From: Candidatus Lloydbacteria bacterium RIFCSPHIGHO2_02_FULL_50_18
GTDB taxonomy: Bacteria > Patescibacteriota > Minisyncoccia > Phycocordibacterales > UBA6899
Assembly: GCA_001821395.1 (NCBI GenBank)
Contig: MHLM01000012.1
Coordinates: 1 to 64,000 of the forward strand
Reading direction: 5' to 3'
DNA: 64,000 nucleotides
Shown here: positions 9,202-18,727 of the stretch, piece by piece
Numbering within the stretch: the first letter of the stretch is position 1
Layout of the letters: every line of letters begins with the position of its first letter
Notes under the pieces: generated by a model
The model's input: only the letters and a program-made list of their open reading frames with translations
What the model was told of the DNA's origin: nothing
Database searches by the model: none
Translations under genes and position numbers: made by a program

Positions 9202-10752
9202 TTATGGGAATGCCCAACCCGAATATCCGGTATCAAGTGCGTCCTGCTGGTTTGTATCCGTGACGACAACAGCTGTTGATTGTGAATTGAATTTCATTTC
9301 ATCATAGATCATAAGCATTGTTGCTTGAGACCAGTAGGAGGTGTCTTTTGAGACACCAAAATATCCGATATACATTGTATCGTAGAGCTCCTTCACGAGC
9401 TCATTCACTGCGTTCTTGCTCGTTTGGAGTGGAGTGGTGTCGAAATCATTGAGCCCTTCCTGAGCTATTTGTGCTGACTGGGCTTCTGCAGGGTTGCCCG
9501 CACCAGAGTCAAGTGTTTTTGTATCACGCACTTGCTGATTACCGCTTCCCGCAGAATCACCAACGCTCCGTTGTGCTTCTCCTGCCGGGGTGACGGCGAT
9601 TGAGTTTTGTTGCTCAAGACAGTAGGGGTCATCAGGACGACCCGAGCATTCTGTCACGCTTGAGAAGCCGCTGCTCATCATATCTTGTCTCTTTGCTTCC
9701 TCTTGGCGCGCCAGTCGTCCCTGTACGACCTGGTCCGCTAGCGTGCTTGCACCGAGAGGAGAATTTGCAGGATTGTTCAGCATTGCACTAAACGTGGAAA
9801 TTCCGTCAACGAGATTGGCGGGGTCGTTGAAATTTTCCATGAATTTTGATGAATCACCAGGATTAAGGTATGTCGAAAGAGAGGATCCAGTTATCGATTG
9901 TGTGTAATTGAATGGATCTTCTGTTGATGACCGAGCATTATTGGCCATGTTTGCCGCAGTATCGAGACGCCAATCAGGGAATACATCCCATGAGCCGACA
10001 GGGTTTCCGGACAGTGGGTCCGATGCCGCCTGATCAACCGCGTGTTCAAGCTGGCGTGCTTTAACGTTGTAAATACTCTGTGAAGCATTGGTGTTGTAGA
10101 CAGCAGAATTTGACACCATTCCATTGTCGACGACCTCGTTTCCCGCTTTTGCCCAGTTTATGTTGGCGGCCGACATCTTGTTCATCAGCTGGTTGTTGAG
10201 CTGCGCGGTCTGCGCATCGGTAATATAGCTTTTGAGCAGCTGATGTATCTGGAGTGAGAGTCCTAATTTTTGCCATTCCACCTGTTCCTCGAGGAGGCAT
10301 CGGAGTGAGTGGCTATAATTGACCTGGACATATGGACCGGTTTTTGTTGCTGCTGGCGGACCTGCCGGAACTCCAAGGGGAAGTGTTGATGACGCCGAGG
10401 CATCCTTCCATGGTGTTGAACTGCCGGTAGTATAAGCAAATGCGGCATTTGGAAACCCCTCCATGTTATCACCCCTAATACATGGACCCCCCGCTTGTGC
10501 CATTGTGAGATTGTTTGCGGTAATGAGGTTCCGCAGTGAATCGGGATTATTTTTGAGGACATCGTTCATGTCTTTTGCATAAGTATCGAATTTCGTTGCG
10601 TACGAATTGAAGTCCGATATCAGGGTGGCATCATTGACCGGCACATATTGCGCGCTTGCATCTATCGGAGCAAGAAGGAGGACAAAAAATAATAGCATCA
10701 TCGTAAAAAAAACGTTGATGCTGTTCTCAATATTCATTATCTTATTGTACAT
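9202..10752 (-). CDS. hypothetical secreted protein
   Basis: 516 aa with signal peptide (FFTMMLLFFVLLLAPIDASA) and an Asn/Gln/Ser-rich mature region. Confidence 0.55.
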   Translation of the reverse strand: MYNKIMNIENSINVFFTMMLLFFVLLLAPIDASAQYVPVNDATLISDFNSYATKFDTYAKDMNDVLKNNPDSLRNLITANNLTMAQAGGPCIRGDNMEGFPNAAFAYTTGSSTPWKDASASSTLPLGVPAGPPAATKTGPYVQVNYSHSLRCLLEEQVEWQKLGLSLQIHQLLKSYITDAQTAQLNNQLMNKMSAANINWAKAGNEVVDNGMVSNSAVYNTNASQSIYNVKARQLEHAVDQAASDPLSGNPVGSWDVFPDWRLDTAANMANNARSSTEDPFNYTQSITGSSLSTYLNPGDSSKFMENFNDPANLVDGISTFSAMLNNPANSPLGASTLADQVVQGRLARQEEAKRQDMMSSGFSSVTECSGRPDDPYCLEQQNSIAVTPAGEAQRSVGDSAGSGNQQVRDTKTLDSGAGNPAEAQSAQIAQEGLNDFDTTPLQTSKNAVNELVKELYDTMYIGYFGVSKDTSYWSQATMLMIYDEMKFNSQSTAVVVTDTNQQDALDTGYSGWAFP

Positions 10753-10764
10753 GATTTTGGATAG

Positions 10765-11763
10765 TTATTGAATAGTCTGAACAGGTCCTGGCGTCTGCAT
10801 AAGGACTCGCGTGAATGGATACCCGGGTTCCCCCTCAGTGAAGACGATCCCGCTGGTCTTCAAAAATGAAACTACTTCACTGTATCCGGTGGTGACGTCA
10901 AGGCGAGTTTTTGTGTATGTTTGATATCCGGCTGCTCCATTGATCGGGTCAGAAAAAAGATGCTGCATACCAAGAAGGCCTCGCGACATACCGTCATAAC
11001 TATTCACAATAATGAGGTGTGACTGAGCTAGTCCTGAGGGGGTTTTTAATGCGCGCAGGTCAAGAGAAAATTTTTGATACACGATCGTGAGTAGCTGTAA
11101 TTCCTTGAGGGTTTCATCATCTTTTGTTTTTAGTCCATCAGCAAGTATCTCCTCTTCCGTGCGGAGGTGCGTAGAAGTGTATTTGTTGATGAGCTCACCG
11201 AAGGCGTTACCATAGGAACGCAGTGCCTCGGGACTATTGTCTCCGATGATATTGAGATCAGCGAGCTCATTCGCGGGTTTATATTTCTCCGGATTGAAAC
11301 CTTTGATAAGGTCGCGATAGGTTGTTTCACGGACCTCCTTACCTTGTAGTGCAAGAAACTTTGCATAGAATTCCTTTCGTTTTCCCTCTATGTCGGTCGT
11401 AGATGTTGCAAAATTGGGGTCTTGCATGATGGCAAGCTTGTCATCAGGTCCTGCCTTCACCGGGTTTCTGCCTTGTGCGACCTCTGCCCCATCGAGAGTG
11501 CCATCCCCATCTGTATCAGGGTTATGCGAATCGCTCCCATAAAGGCCTTCCTCCCAGTCAAGAAGACCATCATCGTCGGAATCTCGCGTGTCAATATTAT
11601 TTGCGTTGTTTAGACCCTGTTCAACAAGCTCTTGCGCATCGCTGCTGATTTGGGGTGCGCGGTTCACAAAAAAACCTACACCAACAATGGTAAGCGCGAC
11701 GAGGCTGCTGATCACAAGATTTTTGTGCGGTGAATGCAAAAAGTCCATAAGATTTCTCAACAA
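10765..11763 (-). CDS. membrane-anchored protein with Asp-rich calcium-binding (thrombospondin type-3-like) repeats
   Basis: TM anchor (LVISSLVALTIVGVGFFV) followed by DSDDDGLLDWEEGLYGSDSHNPDTDGDGTLDGAE, a DxDxDG-type motif. Confidence 0.55.
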   Translation of the reverse strand: MLRNLMDFLHSPHKNLVISSLVALTIVGVGFFVNRAPQISSDAQELVEQGLNNANNIDTRDSDDDGLLDWEEGLYGSDSHNPDTDGDGTLDGAEVAQGRNPVKAGPDDKLAIMQDPNFATSTTDIEGKRKEFYAKFLALQGKEVRETTYRDLIKGFNPEKYKPANELADLNIIGDNSPEALRSYGNAFGELINKYTSTHLRTEEEILADGLKTKDDETLKELQLLTIVYQKFSLDLRALKTPSGLAQSHLIIVNSYDGMSRGLLGMQHLFSDPINGAAGYQTYTKTRLDVTTGYSEVVSFLKTSGIVFTEGEPGYPFTRVLMQTPGPVQTIQ

Positions 11764-11897
11764 AAGAATGCTCCACTATTGTATCAATAATAGAATAAGA
11801 ACGGGTGAGAATATATATATGTGTGTGGATAACTGACGCTCGAGTAATCGATATTTCTGAATACAAAAAAGCGGAGCATGGTGCTCCGCATTCTCTC

Positions 11898-12464
11898 TTA
11901 CCGTCCTTTACCACCGATGATGCCAAGTGCTCTCTGGAGCGCATCCTTCGGTATCGCGTCGAGGATCTCTTGTGCCGCATTTCTTTCCGGTGTTTCACGC
12001 TTATCTGTCGCAAGATTGGGGTCATTTCCATTTCCCGAACCCGCGAATTGCTGTGCTTCACTGCTTTCAAAAATAAGGACACCTATGTTGTTTGCATCAA
12101 ATACAACCCAGGGTGTCAACTTGTGGCTGTTGATTTTCCAGACGCGGTCTACTGTTCCATGGATTATTGTTCGAATACGCCAAGCTTGCTTTCCATCCAC
12201 CGACCTCACGTCAAAACACCTGATACCCTGCCTTGAGGGGATGATGTTTCCATCCGGATCGCAACCCCCTATAGCGAAACCTCTCCCAACTATTTTTTTG
12301 GGCAGATATGGCCGTACGTAGGAATTTTTTTCAATAATAATCTCTTCCAAGGTCTGCTGCTTTGGGTCAGAGGCCGTGCGATTTTCGTCACCTTTATTGG
12401 CAAGTGCCAGTGGAGAAAAAGTGACCGCCAGTATTACCGAGGCTAAAAGAAACAATTTTTTCAT
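11898..12464 (-). CDS. hypothetical secreted protein
   Basis: 188 aa with signal peptide MKKLFLLASVILAVTFSPLALA. Confidence 0.55.
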   Translation of the reverse strand: MKKLFLLASVILAVTFSPLALANKGDENRTASDPKQQTLEEIIIEKNSYVRPYLPKKIVGRGFAIGGCDPDGNIIPSRQGIRCFDVRSVDGKQAWRIRTIIHGTVDRVWKINSHKLTPWVVFDANNIGVLIFESSEAQQFAGSGNGNDPNLATDKRETPERNAAQEILDAIPKDALQRALGIIGGKGR

Positions 12465-12622
12465 TCCGATCTCCTGTGTAAAGTAACATTCCGAGAGTCA
12501 TGTTATAACGAATTTGTGAATTGTCAATGGTCTTGAGGTGGAAAGCGATCATTTTGCAATAGTGCAGACAGAACGGAGGCACACTGCTATAATTTATTGT
12601 AATAGTTGCTTAACCACCCTAT

Positions 12623-13714
12623 ATGATGCACATGCGAACATTTATTATCCTTCTTGTATCGTGTTTTTCATTATTCACTGCACTCCCCGTCTTTGCCGCG
12701 ACCGATTGTGTGACCCTTTCGCGCAATCTCTCGCTTGGTATGAGCGGTACCGACGTTACGCTACTTCAGCAGGTTTTGAACAGAGACCCAAGAACCAATG
12801 TAGCCGTGACTGGTCCGGGGTCAGCCGGTTTTGAGAGTCGCTACTTTGGGCCGCTCACGAAGCAAGCGGTTGTTGCTTTTCAGAATATTTATGCCGGAGA
12901 AGTACTCAGTCCGGTCGGACTTACGACAGGGAGCGGTTATGTGGGGACATTCACAAGGGCGAAGATCCTCACGTTGTGTAATAAGTCGCAAGTAGCGATT
13001 TCCACTCCTATCACAACGCCAACCCCCATTCCCCCTAATCCCGTCACTCCAGTTGCAGTGGTCAATCAGGCACCTTCGACCGTAGCTCCGAGCACCGCCA
13101 CGACAAATAAGTCCGAGGTGGTGAATGATACTGTCGCATCACTTGCGGCATTTCATTCTGCAACCCCCGTCATGATGTTTCCCTCGACATATACTGCTTC
13201 GCGCGGAACTAAGGTGCTGCTCTATGGGGTCGGTCTTGCTACTGAAGGGAATATCGTTCACCTTGGTGACTATTTGATCGCTAGTACCAGTGTTGATAAG
13301 TTGGGTGTGCTCACCTTTATCGTCCCGGAAAACGCACCACGAGGAAAGCACGACCTCTGGATATCAAGCAGTAAGGGTGCAACAAACAAAATGTTCCTTA
13401 TCGTTACCGAATTGAATGTTCCTGCACCAACTATTGTCAGTTTTTCTCCGGCAGAGGGGCTGCTCGGCACCATGGTGACGGTTACCGGTACTGGGTTTAC
13501 TGCACAAGGGAATGAAGTTATCGGCGGACAAGGTTTTCAAAAAAATATTATCTCGGCAGATGGGAAGACGCTACAGTTTAAGGTTACCGCCGAAGTACCC
13601 GGAGTAGAACAAGGGATCGATTACTCGTCGGTTGACGCCCGTATCCCTGTTTGGTACGGCATCCTCAACGAAAACGGAATCTCTAAAAAATTAATGTTCA
13701 CCGTAATTATATAG
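12623..13714 (+). CDS. secreted protein with N-terminal peptidoglycan-binding domain (PG_binding_1-like) and Pro/Thr linker
   Basis: Signal peptide, then LSLGMSGTDVTLLQQVLN...FGPLTKQAVVAFQ (PGBD pattern), then TPITTPTPIPPNPVTP linker and a beta-rich C-terminus. Confidence 0.6.
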   Translation: MMHMRTFIILLVSCFSLFTALPVFAATDCVTLSRNLSLGMSGTDVTLLQQVLNRDPRTNVAVTGPGSAGFESRYFGPLTKQAVVAFQNIYAGEVLSPVGLTTGSGYVGTFTRAKILTLCNKSQVAISTPITTPTPIPPNPVTPVAVVNQAPSTVAPSTATTNKSEVVNDTVASLAAFHSATPVMMFPSTYTASRGTKVLLYGVGLATEGNIVHLGDYLIASTSVDKLGVLTFIVPENAPRGKHDLWISSSKGATNKMFLIVTELNVPAPTIVSFSPAEGLLGTMVTVTGTGFTAQGNEVIGGQGFQKNIISADGKTLQFKVTAEVPGVEQGIDYSSVDARIPVWYGILNENGISKKLMFTVII

Positions 13715-13750
13715 TTGGAATGCGCGTGCCATACTATAATCATCATACTT

Positions 13751-14179
13751 ATGAAATATCTTGCCATTCTTGTAAAAAAGCTTAAACAAAACATCAGTGC
13801 GGCATCCCGCATACTGATCGCAGTAACTGTTGTGATCGTTGGCGGAGCGATCGCATTTGGTGTTTACGTACACCCGACAGAGGCAGACACGGGTATCCCA
13901 TTCGGCGGACTTTCGACCTGGATCCAGTACTGCACTTGTACCGGCCCAGGAGTGATTGCGGTGACGGTGATGGATCTTAGTACCACGCCGGGAACTCCGA
14001 CTAATTATATTTATTATCCCGGCGGTACGATCCTTCACCCGGAGTACAATATCTACAGTTTGGGTGTGTGGCTGCTCGGTAATCGCAGCCCCGGTGGGGT
14101 ATGTATGTATTGGGTCGGAAAGATCTGCGTTACTTGGCCGACAGATGGAAGTATGGTTCGCGTTGGAACATCACTGTAA
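13751..14179 (+). CDS. small Cys-rich membrane-anchored/secreted hypothetical protein
   Basis: Start assumed at MKYLAILVKK. One TM helix (ILIAVTVVIVGGAIAFGV) and 6 Cys in the mature part. Confidence 0.4.
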   Translation: MKYLAILVKKLKQNISAASRILIAVTVVIVGGAIAFGVYVHPTEADTGIPFGGLSTWIQYCTCTGPGVIAVTVMDLSTTPGTPTNYIYYPGGTILHPEYNIYSLGVWLLGNRSPGGVCMYWVGKICVTWPTDGSMVRVGTSL

Positions 14180-14207
14180 GAGAAGTTACGTATACAAAAC
14201 ACCCTCA

Positions 14208-15050
14208 CTATTTTTCGTGAGGGTGTTTTGTATGACTTGAGATTTTCTTAGTAAGCCACATCCATGTTCCGATCGGCAGATCCTCTCCCCGTGCTTTTTT
14301 ATCAATACTGAGCTCGTCAAAGTACTCAATTATCTTGTCTTTATGTATACCTAATCCCTCTGAAAGATTTCCGACGAGCATTTTTCGTTTCGCGCGAAAA
14401 CCGGCCTTGATGAGGGTGAAGAATTCTTTTTCAGTAAAATCTTCGATCCTTTGTTTGCTGATATTGGTGATCATGAGGATCGCAGAATCGACCTTTGGCA
14501 CCGGATCAAAGGATTCCTTTGGGACCGTTGCAACATATACCGGGTCACCAAATATCTTAATTGAGAGTGAAAGGATCGTCTCTTTTTTGTTGCGCGAGAC
14601 GATCTGCTCCGCGACCTCTTTTTGTACGAGGAAGGTGAGCTGTGAAGGAGCACGGTGTTCCTCGAGAAAATAGCGGAAAAGCATTCCGGTAATGTAATAA
14701 GGAATGTTGGCGACGACTTTATATGTCGGCACATTACCGAGTAGTTCATCAAATAATTCCCGCGTAATATTTTTTTCCAGAATGTCGCCTTCTAAAAGTA
14801 TTAGGTGACCATCGCGAAGCGCATCAGCAAATCGGTCAGTAAGAATGGGGATGCAGCGCGTATCCTTTTCAATCGCGATCACATGAGCCCCAGCGTTCAA
14901 GAGGGCATTCGTGAGCGCCCCTTCCCCGGGGCCGACTTCAATGACGATGTCTCCGGGGAATATACCGGATGCATCAATGATCTTTTCAATGGTCGTTTCC
15001 GAGCGGAGAAAATTCTGTCCTAATGATTTTTTTGCTTGAATATTTTTCAT
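14208..15050 (-). CDS. rsmA: 16S rRNA (adenine1518/1519-N6)-dimethyltransferase
   Basis: KKSLGQNFL and VIEVGPGEGALT are the KsgA/RsmA signatures. Start taken at the internal Met MKNIQAKK. Confidence 0.85.
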   Translation of the reverse strand: MKNIQAKKSLGQNFLRSETTIEKIIDASGIFPGDIVIEVGPGEGALTNALLNAGAHVIAIEKDTRCIPILTDRFADALRDGHLILLEGDILEKNITRELFDELLGNVPTYKVVANIPYYITGMLFRYFLEEHRAPSQLTFLVQKEVAEQIVSRNKKETILSLSIKIFGDPVYVATVPKESFDPVPKVDSAILMITNISKQRIEDFTEKEFFTLIKAGFRAKRKMLVGNLSEGLGIHKDKIIEYFDELSIDKKARGEDLPIGTWMWLTKKISSHTKHPHEK

Positions 15051-15071
15051 AGAATCTACGCAAGCGGATGA

Positions 15072-15124
15072 AATTCGAGGCGTGGAGAAAGCGAAGAAGA
15101 CATATTCATATATGTTGACCGAGT
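15072..15124. repeat. short repeat, inverted copy of the one at 19503-19611
   Basis: The motifs GCTTTCTCCACGCCTCGAAT and GTCAACATATATGAATATGTCTT are shared (in reverse complement) with 19503-19611. Confidence 0.45.
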
Positions 15125-15170
15125 CGCAGAGGCTCCACAACGAAGAAGTTCGCCACTTGCGTAGATTCTA

Positions 15171-17195
15171 TTATATATAGACAACGCTGTCATTATCCTC
15201 ATCCCAGCCGAGGAGACTGACGCGTTTGCCGTTTGACTTGAAGGTATTCTCCGGAAAGGCTTCACCTTCTCGGGATTCATTCACCAGCAGTGCTTGGTCA
15301 AGGTCATCAAGAAATTCTGAAGGAATATTCACCGTACGGCTGCCGAAGATGGTGCGGAACGATGCGTAGGACAGAAAGACCTTCTTTGCAGCTCGGGTGA
15401 GTGCGACATAGAAAAGCCGCCGTTCTTCTTCTTGTTCGGATTGATCCTTGCTCTCATCGCGTGAGCGACGAGACGGGAAAAGGTCTTGTTCCATTCCGGT
15501 AATGAACACGTATGGGAATTCAAGACCCTTTGATGCGTGAATGGTCATGAGGCGTACTGCGTCAACCTCGCCCTTCATTGTGTCTTGATCGGACTCAAGT
15601 GCAACATCGGCAAGAAACTGCTCGATCCCTTCCTCTCCTTCAAAGACGTCATAGCGCGTGGCGACCGAGACGAGTTCGCGCACGTTCGCAAGTCGTTCCG
15701 TATCTTCTTCATCCCCGTCCGACAGTATACGCTCGATACCCGTCTCTTTGATGATGAAGGCGATGAGCACCGACGGCTTCATTGTCTCCTCGGCATGCTT
15801 GATCTTCTCAAGTAGTGCGTAGAATAGCGCGACCTTTGCACGCATCGTCGCGGGCAGTTTATCCGCTTCGCCTGCGAGGATCTTCATGAGCGTGACCTTC
15901 CCCACTCCCCGCGCGGGAACATTGATGACGCGCTCAAGATCAAACGGAGAGTTCGGATTTCGTGCGGCCTTCAGGTATGAAAGAACATCCTTCACTTCCT
16001 TGCGCTCATAGAAGCGGACCCCCAGCACTTGATACGGGATGCCTGCAAAGAGGAGTGCTTCCTCAAGCACGCGAGATTGGAAGTTCGTGCGGTAGAGAAT
16101 CGCCACTTCATTGGGACGCGCACCGCTTGATAAGAGGGCGGCAATGCGCATCGCAACGAAGCGCGCCTCGTCCGTTTCATCATATCCCGCAAAAAGTGAA
16201 AGCTTTTCTCCAGCAACATTTTCGGTGAATAACTTTTTTTGCTTGCGCATCGTGTTCTTGGCTATCACCGTGTTGGCTGCCGAGAGAATGTTCTGTGTTG
16301 AACGATAGTTCTGTTCGAGCAGGATCACCCGTGCACCGGGATAGTCCTCCTCGAAATTGAGAATATTCGCTATTGATGCACCGCGCCAGCTATAAATATT
16401 CTGGTCACTATCACCGACGACGCAGATATTCTTCGTTTTTCCTGCAAGCAGTCGAACGAGCTGATATTGGACTTGGTTTGTGTCTTGATATTCGTCGACG
16501 TGGATGTATTGCCATTGCGTCTGATAGTACCGGAGTATCTCCTCATGGGATTGGAGCAGTTTTACGGTCTTTTCCAGAAGATCATCAAAATCAAGCACGT
16601 TTGCTGACCGCAATGCCTCTTCGTAGAGCACAAAGACCCGCTTCAGTGTCGTTGCGAGGTAGCGGTTATTCGTCGTCTGCTCGATCGTATCTGGAGTTCC
16701 GAGATTTCCCTTATGGCGGGAAATGAGACCTTGAACCTTGCGCGGTTCGAACTGTTTTGGGTCAACTCCGGCTTTCACCATGGATTGTTTGATGAGTTTG
16801 AGTGATTCGTCTTGGGCAAGAATGCTCGCACTTTTCGGTATGCCAATCGCCTCCCCTTTTTCACGCAAAATGGAGATGCCGAGGCCGTGGAAGGTCCCGA
16901 TAAAGGGAAGATCTCTCCGGCGCCCGAACCCACCCACCATTCCTTCTGCCCCCAGCAGCGCAAAAACGCGTTCCCGCATTTCCTTGGCCGCTTTGTTGGT
17001 GAAAGTGATAGCGAGGATGGCACCACCCGGGACCCCTCCCTCCATAATATGGCCGATGCGATGGGTCAACGTTTTAGTTTTTCCCGCTCCTGCTCCGGCA
17101 ACAATGAGCACGGGGCCTTCCGTGGCAAGGACCGCCTTTTTCTGCGCTGGGTTCAGGTTTGCAAGGAGGTCTTTTGTCTTTTTTTCGGAATACAT
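15171..17195 (-). CDS. pcrA: ATP-dependent DNA helicase PcrA/UvrD family
   Basis: Walker A AGAGAGKTKTLTHRI, helicase motif YIHVDEYQDTNQVQY, and the UvrD-type motif III/IV spacing. 674 aa. Confidence 0.9.
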   Translation of the reverse strand: MYSEKKTKDLLANLNPAQKKAVLATEGPVLIVAGAGAGKTKTLTHRIGHIMEGGVPGGAILAITFTNKAAKEMRERVFALLGAEGMVGGFGRRRDLPFIGTFHGLGISILREKGEAIGIPKSASILAQDESLKLIKQSMVKAGVDPKQFEPRKVQGLISRHKGNLGTPDTIEQTTNNRYLATTLKRVFVLYEEALRSANVLDFDDLLEKTVKLLQSHEEILRYYQTQWQYIHVDEYQDTNQVQYQLVRLLAGKTKNICVVGDSDQNIYSWRGASIANILNFEEDYPGARVILLEQNYRSTQNILSAANTVIAKNTMRKQKKLFTENVAGEKLSLFAGYDETDEARFVAMRIAALLSSGARPNEVAILYRTNFQSRVLEEALLFAGIPYQVLGVRFYERKEVKDVLSYLKAARNPNSPFDLERVINVPARGVGKVTLMKILAGEADKLPATMRAKVALFYALLEKIKHAEETMKPSVLIAFIIKETGIERILSDGDEEDTERLANVRELVSVATRYDVFEGEEGIEQFLADVALESDQDTMKGEVDAVRLMTIHASKGLEFPYVFITGMEQDLFPSRRSRDESKDQSEQEEERRLFYVALTRAAKKVFLSYASFRTIFGSRTVNIPSEFLDDLDQALLVNESREGEAFPENTFKSNGKRVSLLGWDEDNDSVVYI

Positions 17196-17418
17196 TAGCC
17201 ATCATATTAGCACCCATTGGCAACAATTTCCTAAGATAAAAATATCTATATTTTAAGCCATATATTGCGACGCAGCAAAGAATTCCCCAGTTTGAAAAAT
17301 ATGGCTTAACATAGCCCGAATGTGACATCCTCATATGCTGTAAAAATGTATAGCGTATATTTATAGCCATATATTTGCCATATTTTTTTGCAAATTTGTT
17401 AATTCAAGCTAAAAAATG

Positions 17419-17448
17419 GTTGACTGAGTCGAATTGAGTTAGATATAA
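17419..17448 (+). promoter_or_regulatory. sigma70-like promoter upstream of the LysM-M23 peptidase gene
   Basis: TTGACT - 17 nt - ATATAAT, reading toward the 17575 gene. Confidence 0.4.
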
Positions 17449-17574
17449 TCTTTCTATACGGTTGTCAAATGGAAGTTCGGAAGAATGACGTTAAGGCAGG
17501 ACGAAAGAACGAAGGACGCGTAACTAAATAGGCTTATCGCATTTAACACCCCCCAAATACCTGAACTTCGCTTT

Positions 17575-18621
17575 TTGCGAAGTCTGGTCAGTCTGTTTCG
17601 GATGAGCACGCTTTCATTGAAAAAGCTGAGTTTTTCTCTATTTCTCCTCCTCATCATTCCCGGAGCTGTCGCATCTGCCAGCTTCTTTTCTTTTTTCGGA
17701 GACATCTTCAGCAAGGTGAGCACTCAGGAGAAGATCATCAATTCACAGAATGTTGCCCTGCTCGCAGCCGCGATAGGCCCCGGGGAATATATCAATCCAG
17801 ACTCTGCTGAGATCAGTACTGTCGGTGAAAGTGCGATATTGCCTGATGTTGGTCCGGACGGGGGGCTTTCGGATGTTGACGGAATGGAAGGCGGCCATGG
17901 ACAGATCAGTATTTACGTTGTCCACGAGGGTGATTCTCTTTCTGCGATCGCGCAGATGTTTGATGTTTCGGTGAACACCATTCTTTGGGCAAATAGCCTG
18001 CCTCGGGGCACGAAGCTTTCTGTCGGACAGACGCTGGTGATCCTTCCTGTGTCAGGGGTAAGGCATATCGTAAAACGAGGTGATACGGTATCGTCGATCG
18101 CGAAGAAGTATGCGGGGGATCCCGATGAGATCCGTTTATATAATGGCATTGATGGAGACACACTCGCGATCGACTCCGAGATCATCATTCCTGATGGAGA
18201 GGTTGCTGCGGTCGTGGTCAAGACAAAGCCCGCTTCCTCGAAATTAGGCGGCGGAAATGTCCCACTTTATAATGGGTACTATCAGGCGCCGTTCGGAGGT
18301 TATCGAAAGACACAGCGGCTTCATGGTTACAACGGCGTTGATCTCGTCTCCTCGCTCGGGATAGGGGCGCCGGTGATGGCCGCCGCAAGAGGAACAGTCA
18401 TTATTGCTCGACGGGGCGGCTATAATGGGGGGTACGGGAGTTACGTCGTCATTCAGCATGGCAATGGAACACAGACGCTCTACGGGCATCTAAAGTCGGT
18501 GACTGTGTCATCAGGAGAGATCGTCGTTCAGGGGCAGACGATCGGGACGATGGGAAATTCGGGGCGATCGACGGGACCACATTTGCACTTCGAGATCCGC
18601 GGCGCACGAAATCCTTTCTAA
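17575..18621 (+). CDS. secreted LysM-domain M23 (lysostaphin-like) peptidoglycan endopeptidase
   Basis: Signal peptide, two LysM motifs (VHEGDSLSAIAQMF, VKRGDTVSSIAKKY), and M23 motifs GVDLVSSLGIGAPVMAAARGTV and HLHFEI. Confidence 0.9.
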   Translation: MRSLVSLFRMSTLSLKKLSFSLFLLLIIPGAVASASFFSFFGDIFSKVSTQEKIINSQNVALLAAAIGPGEYINPDSAEISTVGESAILPDVGPDGGLSDVDGMEGGHGQISIYVVHEGDSLSAIAQMFDVSVNTILWANSLPRGTKLSVGQTLVILPVSGVRHIVKRGDTVSSIAKKYAGDPDEIRLYNGIDGDTLAIDSEIIIPDGEVAAVVVKTKPASSKLGGGNVPLYNGYYQAPFGGYRKTQRLHGYNGVDLVSSLGIGAPVMAAARGTVIIARRGGYNGGYGSYVVIQHGNGTQTLYGHLKSVTVSSGEIVVQGQTIGTMGNSGRSTGPHLHFEIRGARNPF

Positions 18622-18727
18622 ATTTGACGCATTACTTTGCTAAAGTATAAAAATGCGCTGCACCGTACTCAGAGTATGGCTTGCTTGCCTTAAGGCGGGG
18701 GTCGGTCGTTTTTGATACACTACAAAC

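Noticed and set aside
16738-17256. 172-aa plus-strand ORF
   Set aside because: Antisense to pcrA/uvrD, which has unambiguous helicase motifs.
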